Below are positions 7,940 through 12,553 of a stretch of DNA of 64,000 bases, piece by piece. A program made the translations under genes and the position numbers. Origin of the DNA: a virus. Taxonomy: Duplodnaviria > Caudoviricetes. The notes below the pieces were generated by a model. It was not told the origin of the DNA. It made no database searches and worked only from the letters and a program-made list of their open reading frames with translations. Numbering within the stretch: position 1 is the first letter of the stretch; every line of letters starts with the position of its first letter. The DNA is taken from IMG/VR virus record IMGVR_UViG_3300042291_001013, one strand, 5' to 3'.

Positions 7940-8557
7940 TTATTTCAGCATCAATTCCACAGGATCAATAATGGGCATGGTTGCCAGCATGATCCTGGGA
8001 TATTTTGCATCAGGCCCCGGCATAACCCTGTGAGGGATATAACTGTTGAAAACAATAGGATGCTCATGCATGTTATACCTCAGCAAACAAGGATACTGAT
8101 CTTGTACAGTGTGATGTAACACAGAAAAATTATACTGTTCTGTGCCTGTGTATGGGTTTGTCATAACCGGGAGCCGATTCATGGCTTCCTTGGGAATATC
8201 ATACCACTCTGTATAAACATCCTCAGTGTTGTAGATTGGAAAGTTTATTTTGAAGTTCATGGGCGGTGCATCGTTGTGCAACACAACCCCATCGGTCATA
8301 CCTTCTGTCAGCAATCCCACTGTGATTTCTTTGATAGGCAGGTTGACTCGAAACATAAATCGCAACAAATTTGGACACACCTTGGCCATTTGTTTGTAAT
8401 CTATCAGATGCCAGAACTTTTTTTCTTGTTTTTCGTTTAGAAAATCAGTGTTATCTACAACCCAGTTCATTATCTCTTCTTTGATTTGATCAAGGTTGTC
8501 ACACTCAAGTTCGTGTATACATTTGAAACGACTTTGGTCTGGGATATAATCAATCAT
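7940..8557 (-). CDS. Hypothetical protein (possible cupin/2OG-oxygenase-like fold)
   Basis: LHND...KINFPI and PHRV...RIML motifs; TAAATA at 8562-8567. Confidence 0.6.
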   Translation of the reverse strand: MIDYIPDQSRFKCIHELECDNLDQIKEEIMNWVVDNTDFLNEKQEKKFWHLIDYKQMAKVCPNLLRFMFRVNLPIKEITVGLLTEGMTDGVVLHNDAPPMNFKINFPIYNTEDVYTEWYDIPKEAMNRLPVMTNPYTGTEQYNFSVLHHTVQDQYPCLLRYNMHEHPIVFNSYIPHRVMPGPDAKYPRIMLATMPIIDPVELMLK

Positions 8558-8582
8558 GATATATTTACTACCTACAATTATT

Positions 8583-8656
8583 TGGAGCAGGGTAGGGGAA
8601 TCGAACCCCTCGCTTTAGCTTGGAAGGCTAAGGTATTACCACTATACGAACCCTGC
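8583..8656 (-). tRNA. tRNA-Gly(TCC)
   Basis: Loop CT-TCC-AA, U73, CCA. Confidence 0.96.
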
Positions 8657-8668
8657 GTTGAATTACTT

Positions 8669-8697
8669 ATTATACAGCATCTTAGCAATACTGTAAA
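8669..8697 (-). promoter_or_regulatory. Internal sigma70-type promoter in the tRNA array
   Basis: TTTACA-17-TATAAT just upstream of tRNA-Gly(TCC). Confidence 0.7.
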
Positions 8698-8704
8698 GCA
8701 ATTT

Positions 8705-8779
8705 TGGTAGCCATGGACAATTTCGAAATGTCGACCTAACGCTTATCAAGCGTTTGCTCTTCCTCTGAGCTACACGGCT
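8705..8779 (-). tRNA. tRNA-Ile(GAT)
   Basis: Loop TT-GAT-AA, CCA. Confidence 0.94.
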
Positions 8780-8788
8780 AAATATTGA

Positions 8789-8962
8789 ATGCACATTGAC
8801 GTCTATCTACAAAAACAGTTGTACTGCACCATTGAACTAAGTCAGCCCGGTTACAATGTGCCTGCTATCTTGGATCAAATCCAAAGTGATCGCGAAGCTG
8901 GCAACTTGACCTGGGTACAGTGGGATCAGCCGCTTGACTTTGAAGTCAAATACTTTGAATAA
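8789..8962 (+). CDS. Small protein antisense to the tRNA array (57 aa, MHIDVYLQKQLYCTIEL...FEVKYFE)
   Basis: TAAATA at 8779-8784 then ATG 8789; ORF exactly fills the Ile-Gln spacer. Confidence 0.6.
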   Translation: MHIDVYLQKQLYCTIELSQPGYNVPAILDQIQSDREAGNLTWVQWDQPLDFEVKYFE

Positions 8963-8964
8963 CT

Positions 8965-9038
8965 TGGCACGGGAACTAGGGCTCGAACCTAGAATGACAG
9001 AGTCAAAGTCTGTAGTGTTACCATTACACTATTCCCGA
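8965..9038 (-). tRNA. tRNA-Gln(TTG)
   Basis: Loop CT-TTG-AC, unpaired U1/U72, G73, CCA. Confidence 0.93.
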
Positions 9039-9046
9039 ACAAAACT

Positions 9047-9121
9047 TGGTGGATGTAAGTAGATTCGAACTACTGACCTGCCGCGTATGAAGCGAATGCA
9101 CTACCGCTGTGCTATACATCC
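9047..9121 (-). tRNA. tRNA-Met(CAT), probably elongator
   Basis: Loop TT-CAT-AC, G1-C72 paired, CCA. Confidence 0.85.
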
Positions 9122-9124
9122 GAT

Positions 9125-9199
9125 TGGGGTATCCAATGAGAATTGAACTCATGATAGCGGAATCACAATCCGCGGTTTTACCACTAAACTATGGACACC
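9125..9199 (-). tRNA. tRNA-His(GTG)
   Basis: Loop TT-GTG-AT, G-1:C73, CCA. Confidence 0.96.
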
Positions 9200-9314
9200 A
9201 TATAGGAGCACTCTCAACAGCAGGCCTAGGAGGCAATCTGGTTGCTGAAACTTTTGCATCTGCAGATACTAGGCTTCTTCTCCCGCGTTGACTTACGCCA
9301 AGAATGCTTTTATA
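9200..9314 (-). ncRNA. Candidate stem-closed ncRNA A (Lys-His spacer)
   Basis: TATAAAAGCATTCT...AGAGTGCTCCTATA terminal stem fills the spacer from Lys CCA to His G-1. Confidence 0.5.
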
Positions 9315-9388
9315 TGGTAGGGGTGTTCGGGAACGATCCGAATTTTACTGGTTAAAAGCCAGTTACTTCACCTTAAAGTTTCACCCCC
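9315..9388 (-). tRNA. tRNA-Lys(TTT), atypical T-loop
   Basis: Loop CT-TTT-AA; T-loop ATCGTTC; CCA. Confidence 0.88.
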
Positions 9389-9417
9389 ATAGGTTTATCA
9401 CTCTTGTCACTAGTCAT
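9373..9417 (-). other. Mini-ORF MTSDKSDKPMGVKL running into the 5' end of tRNA-Lys
   Basis: AAGGAG at 9430-9425, 7 nt before ATG 9417; TAA inside the tRNA. Confidence 0.35.
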
Positions 9418-9439
9418 GACAGATCTCCTTTTAAAAAAT

Positions 9440-9516
9440 TGGTACCACCTGAGAGATTCAAACTCCCGACCCCTAAGTTCGTAGCCTAGTGCTCTGTTCA
9501 GCTGAGCTAAGGTGGT
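9440..9516 (-). tRNA. tRNA-Arg(ACG)
   Basis: Loop CT-ACG-AA, CCA. Confidence 0.94.
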
Positions 9517-9520
9517 GTGT

Positions 9521-9596
9521 TGGTGCCCCTTGTCCGACTCGAACAGACCACCTACTGCTTACAAAACAGTTGCTCTACCGGATGAGCTAAAGGGGC
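9521..9596 (-). tRNA. tRNA-Thr(TGT)
   Basis: Loop TT-TGT-AA, CCA. Confidence 0.95.
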
Positions 9597-9603
9597 AAAT
9601 TGT

Positions 9604-9693
9604 TGGCGGTGCGAAAGAGACTCGAACTCTTAAAGCGGCTTTCACCACTCGACGGATTAGCAATCCGCTCCAATACCATTATGGGACCGCACC
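9604..9693 (-). tRNA. tRNA-Ser(GCT)
   Basis: Loop TT-GCT-AA, long variable arm, G73, CCA. Confidence 0.95.
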
Positions 9694-9700
9694 TCAAATT

Positions 9701-9776
9701 TGGCTCCCCAGCGTGGGATCGAACCACGGACACCTTGATTAACAGTCAAGTGCAACTACCGCTGTGCTACTAGGGA
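9701..9776 (-). tRNA. tRNA-Asn(GTT)
   Basis: Loop CT-GTT-AA, G73, CCA. Confidence 0.96.
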
Positions 9777-9817
9777 ATAATCTACTTAGTAGGCACTCAT
9801 GCCTACTATCAAAAACT

Positions 9818-9894
9818 TGGCGACCCGGGAAGGATTTGAACCTCCGACATTTGGTTTTGGAGACCAACGTTCTGCCAGACTGAACTACCGAGCC
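9818..9894 (-). tRNA. tRNA-Trp(CCA)
   Basis: Loop CT-CCA-AA, G73, CCA. Confidence 0.95.
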
Positions 9895-9899
9895 ATATT

Positions 9900-9974
9900 T
9901 GGTGGAGGATAAGAGAATTGAACTCTTTTGACCTACGTGCAAGGCAGGCATAATACCCAGTATATGAATCCCCC
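9900..9974 (-). tRNA. tRNA-Ala(TGC)
   Basis: Loop CT-TGC-AC, G3:U70, CCA. Confidence 0.95.
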
Positions 9975-10002
9975 AAATTTTCAAACACACTGTTTCCAAT
10001 GT

Positions 10003-10062
10003 GTGTATTAAAGCACTCTAAAATACTTAGGCTGCCTGTTCGTAAAGAATGCTTTAATACGC
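10003..10062 (-). ncRNA. Candidate stem-closed ncRNA B (17-bp hairpin)
   Basis: GCGTATTAAAGCATTCT...AGAGTGCTTTAATACAC; stem core identical to element A. Confidence 0.45.
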
Positions 10063-10156
10063 TGTAATTTTTTATCTCACAAAAGAGACTCTATCCTACA
10101 GGCCGCCCATTTGTAGTTTAGAGTGATACCGGCTCTCGTTGCCATTGCACTAAATG

Positions 10157-10188
10157 AAAAACCCTGGAGTGTTTAGTTCCAGGGTCTT
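10157..10188 (-). terminator. Intrinsic terminator of attenuator 1
   Basis: AAG-ACCCTGGA-actaaacac-TCCAGGGT-TTTT. Confidence 0.85.
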
Positions 10189-10208
10189 GTTGAATTTGTC
10201 AGTTACTT

Positions 10209-10343
10209 TTATGCGTAACCTGCACCTTCAATAGACCCCGACATCCCTAGAATACTATTCACGCGACCAGAGGCGTGTGACCAGGTAAATGTTGCCTGGA
10301 GCATCGCGGGTTTTGTCGACAGTGAACGGAATGTTGTTTTCAT
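10209..10343 (-). CDS. Putative leader peptide 1 (44 aa, MKTTFRSLSTKPAMLQATFTWSHASGRVNSILGMSGSIEGAGYA)
   Basis: Starts 10 nt after a -10 box; carries CGGGGTCTATTGAA complementary to the terminator 5' arm; stop 20 nt before the terminator. Confidence 0.65.
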   Translation of the reverse strand: MKTTFRSLSTKPAMLQATFTWSHASGRVNSILGMSGSIEGAGYA

Positions 10344-10353
10344 CTTAAGTCCT

Positions 10354-10382
10354 ATTGTAGTTTATTTATGATTGTTTGTCAA
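10354..10382 (-). promoter_or_regulatory. sigma70 promoter of leader 1 (TAAATA within spacer)
   Basis: TTGACA-17-TACAAT; TAAATA at 10363-10368. Confidence 0.8.
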
Positions 10383-10398
10383 TCACAAATGGTAAAAT

Positions 10399-10473
10399 TG
10401 GTTGCGGGTGAAGGATTCGAACCTCCGTCTTCTAGGTTATGAGCCTAGTAGTCTACCACTGACGTAACCCGCG
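10399..10473 (-). tRNA. tRNA-fMet(CAT), initiator
   Basis: C1:A72 mismatch, loop CT-CAT-AA; only two of the three G-C pairs in the anticodon stem. Confidence 0.9.
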
Positions 10474-10491
10474 TTAACTTTTATTTATATC

Positions 10492-10567
10492 TGGAGTAGG
10501 TGACAGGACTCGAACCTGCATTTTACGGATTTGCAATCCGGCGCCTAACCATTCGGCACACACCTAC
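10492..10567 (-). tRNA. tRNA-Cys(GCA)
   Basis: Loop TT-GCA-AA, U73, CCA. Confidence 0.95.
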
Positions 10568-10577
10568 ACTAATTGAA

Positions 10578-10790
10578 TTTGCAAGTAGTTGCTCCATCGT
10601 TATAGCAACCATTCACCCGTGTAATAAACTCGAGCGGGACTCGGTACGTCACTTGGGATACTAGTCCAGTTTGTCTCCGTTACAGACACCACCCTTGCGA
10701 GTGGTTGGGAGTTGAACCCATCACCTTCTACTGTTTTGGTCCTTCGAAGAAACCTAGACAGCATGACATTCTCTTGCTGACACTTACAAA
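10578..10790 (-). ncRNA. Candidate structured ncRNA C (about 213 nt, contains T-loop)
   Basis: Closing stem TTTGTAAGT/ACTTGCAAA; GGG-TTCAACT-CCC T-arm; ACCACTC-GCAA-GGGTGGT GNRA hairpin. Confidence 0.55.
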
Positions 10791-10793
10791 ACT

Positions 10794-10868
10794 TGGCGAT
10801 GCATGGGAGAATCGAACTCCCGTCTCCGGATAGACAATCCGGGATAATGACCATTATATGAATGCACC
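10794..10868 (-). tRNA. tRNA-Asp(GTC) copy 1 (U37)
   Basis: Loop TT-GTC-TA, G73, CCA. Confidence 0.92.
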
Positions 10869-10875
10869 TTAAACT

Positions 10876-10950
10876 TGGCGGTCCCAGGGGGTAACGATCC
10901 CCCTCTTCAGCAGTGACAGTGCTGTGTGCGTCCATGAACACCTTGAGACC
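10876..10950 (-). tRNA. tRNA-Asp(GTC) copy 2, atypical T-loop
   Basis: Loop CT-GTC-AC; T-loop ATCGTTA; G73, CCA. Confidence 0.85.
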
Positions 10951-10956
10951 AATTTT

Positions 10957-11101
10957 TATAGTTAAGCACCGAGAATGCCAATTTAGGAGTCCGGTGCTTC
11001 TGTTCCAAAGCCGATGCAGTTATATCAGGATCAGTCGCCGGCCGCTGTGACCCGAATAGTGTAAGCGTCCTTACACGATACCTTATCGGTGCTTAACTAT
11101 A
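10957..11101 (-). ncRNA. Candidate stem-closed ncRNA D (145 nt)
   Basis: Perfect 16-bp terminal inverted repeat TATAGTTAAGCACCGA/TCGGTGCTTAACTATA; internal hairpins GTGTAAG/CTTACAC and GGGTCA/TGATCC. Confidence 0.6.
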
Positions 11102-11103
11102 AA

Positions 11104-11310
11104 AACAAAAATGCTCTGCATCCCCCGGCGGTAATTGTAGTACATCAAGATACGACGCTATCGTACCCATCACACGTACCTTCCACCCGCTTCCCGACAG
11201 GGACCGTTATCGCATTGCTAGCGGCCTTTGGGTTCAAAGACTACCACCCGTAGCTGTCACGCTACTTCTCATCGTGTGGGTCACACTATCCGGAGACACC
11301 CGGAACGTTC
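11104..11310 (-). ncRNA. Candidate structured ncRNA E (about 205 nt, GC-rich)
   Basis: Starts directly after Tyr CCA; closing GTGTCTCC/GGGGATGC; hairpins GTAGC/GCTAC, CTTTG/CAAAG, TACGA/TCGTA; no credible ORF. Confidence 0.55.
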
Positions 11311-11311
11311 T

Positions 11312-11397
11312 TGGTGGAGATGGATGGATTTGAACCACCGCGCTTTTTACAGAACAGATTTACAGTCTGCCGCCTTCAACCACTCGGCCACATCTCC
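11312..11397 (-). tRNA. tRNA-Tyr(GTA)
   Basis: Loop CT-GTA-AA, long variable arm, CCA. Confidence 0.96.
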
Positions 11398-11405
11398 AAA
11401 AAAGG

Positions 11406-11468
11406 GAGAGCTACGGTTGCAGGACCTAGTGCCTCTTGCGAGGGAAGTATCCAGGCGATGTAGCTCTC
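11406..11468 (-). ncRNA. Candidate hairpin RNA F (Glu-Tyr spacer)
   Basis: GAGAGCTAC/GTAGCTCTC closing stem with internal CCTC-GCAA-GAGG GNRA hairpin. Confidence 0.45.
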
Positions 11469-11472
11469 AAAC

Positions 11473-11547
11473 TGGTAGAGCGTAGGAGAGTCGAACTCCT
11501 CTTATGCGGATGAAAACCGCATGTCCTAACCGATAGACGAACGCTCC
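11473..11547 (-). tRNA. tRNA-Glu(TTC)
   Basis: Loop TT-TTC-AT, CCA. Confidence 0.94.
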
Positions 11548-11557
11548 ATAGTTCACT

Positions 11558-11782
11558 ATATGAAAACACATTAGGATGTTTGATAGAAGTAACAGTTTTG
11601 AACCTGCCCTACTGTGTCGTCCACAGATTTGTCTATCAACCACATTACGGGCCAACTAGATCCGGCGCGCTTCGCTCTTTCGAGTCTGCTTTCGTGTAGT
11701 CCAAGTAGAGCCTAGCCGTCACTAGGATTTAGTTCTCTACTTGGGTACCTACCGGAGTTGGTAACCCAATGCGTTTACATAT
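11558..11782 (-). ncRNA. Candidate structured ncRNA G (225 nt, two domains, T-loop)
   Basis: About 17-bp closing stem ATGTAAACGCATTGGG/CCTAATGTGTTTTCAT; CCAAGTAGAG/CTCTACTTGG; CTC-GAAA-GAG; TTGATAGA/TCTATCAA; CAG-GTTCAAAA-CTG. Confidence 0.62.
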
Positions 11783-11881
11783 AGTGCCCAGAACTGAATC
11801 TGGGTACACTATACAAAATTAAATTTTTAACGAACTCCAAAGTAGCTTCGATCAACTGTCTTTGTTTTCTAACTTGTATCT

Positions 11882-11910
11882 AGTATAACATCTTGTGCTA
11901 TTCTGGTCAA
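11882..11910 (-). promoter_or_regulatory. sigma70 promoter heading the tRNA array
   Basis: TTGACC-17-TATACT. Confidence 0.8.
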
Positions 11911-11915
11911 CTTGT

Positions 11916-11953
11916 TTTGTAAAAGCCCCGCCTTGTTGCAGGGTCTTTACAAA
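11916..11953 (-). terminator. Third AAAGACCCTG-type hairpin/terminator
   Basis: TTTGTAAAGACCCTGC-aacaag-GCGGGGCTTTTACAAA. Confidence 0.65.
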
Positions 11954-11983
11954 CTTTGCTGTGTTACTTCCTAACTAGTCTCT

Positions 11984-12012
11984 AGTATAACATGATTCCA
12001 ATTCTTTGCCTA
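11984..12012 (-). promoter_or_regulatory. sigma70-like promoter (duplicate of the 11882 module)
   Basis: TAGGCA-17-TATACT followed by AGAnACnAGTTAG, as at 11882. Confidence 0.55.
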
Positions 12013-12022
12013 ACACATAAAG

Positions 12023-12049
12023 AAAAACCCTGCTCGGTGCAGGGTCTTT
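12023..12049 (-). terminator. Intrinsic terminator of attenuator 2
   Basis: AAAG-ACCCTGC-accga-GCAGGGT-TTTTCTTT. Confidence 0.85.
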
Positions 12050-12069
12050 GTAGATGTAGTACGAAATAC

Positions 12070-12156
12070 TTACACACAAAGACCCCGAGATGGATCATAC
12101 TCACGCTCGCATGTGAATGCCATTGAATTGAGGATGATTGCGAAAGTTTGTTTCAT
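12070..12156 (-). CDS. Putative leader peptide 2 (28 aa, MKQTFAIILNSMAFTCEREYDPSRGLCV), leaderless
   Basis: ATG 6 nt after TATAAT; CGGGGTCTTTGT can form 12 bp with the terminator 5' arm; stop 21 nt before the terminator. Confidence 0.68.
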   Translation of the reverse strand: MKQTFAIILNSMAFTCEREYDPSRGLCV

Positions 12157-12162
12157 AAGTGT

Positions 12163-12191
12163 ATTATATATGACAGCAGACAAAAAGTCTA
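12163..12191 (-). promoter_or_regulatory. sigma70 promoter of leader 2
   Basis: TAGACT-17-TATAAT-6 nt-ATG. Confidence 0.75.
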
Positions 12192-12204
12192 CTGTTTTGG
12201 TAAA

Positions 12205-12540
12205 ATTGGATAGGTTTATTCTGTTACGAGGAAAACCTATCAAAACCCTAGGCAGTGTTTAGGCTGCCAATGCGAACTGTTCGTCGTTTGCGTTTACGTT
12301 TTTTGCTTCTACGACCGGGAAACCCCAACCCTACGGCTTTCACATTGCCGAGCTGTCCACTCTGTTACTCTTTGCCCTGTCGAAACCATGGCAGGCCCAT
12401 TATAAAACATACTCAAACGGGTCTTTTCGCCTATCCCCGTGCCGTGGCTTGCAAGGATAGGGCTGAATATGCTTTATGGTGGACCTGGCGGGAGTCGAAC
12501 CCGCGTCCAGAACACTTTTCTCTTTGCTTCATACAGCAAT
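12205..12540 (-). ncRNA. ssrA: Circularly permuted (two-piece) tmRNA, tag ANDEQFALAA
   Basis: Acceptor piece ...GGACGCGGGTTCGACTCCCGCCAGGTCCACCA (CCA 12479-12477) precedes a 78-nt intervening segment and the coding piece GGGCCTG... (G1=12398, G3:U70); tag ORF 12291-12259. Confidence 0.93.
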
Positions 12541-12553
12541 AACCTATATTATA

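Noticed and set aside
11104-11310. RNase P RNA or 6S RNA identity for element E
   Set aside because: No GAGGAAAGTCC/P4 motif and too short for RNase P; multi-branched rather than one long rod with a central bubble as in 6S.
8965-11547. HDV-like theta ribozymes at tRNA 3' trailers
   Set aside because: I could not fit the nested double pseudoknot by eye after the CCA ends inspected; a pattern search is still advisable.
6227-12542. ORF-track entries overlapping RNA genes (6227-6412, 5' parts of 6093-6395 and 6501-7196, 9109-9291, 9304-9489, 9512-9742, 9739-9999, 10600-10941, 11228-11485, 11467-11655, 12255-12542)
   Set aside because: They run through tRNA or tmRNA sequence, lack SDs and look like translations of tRNA motifs.
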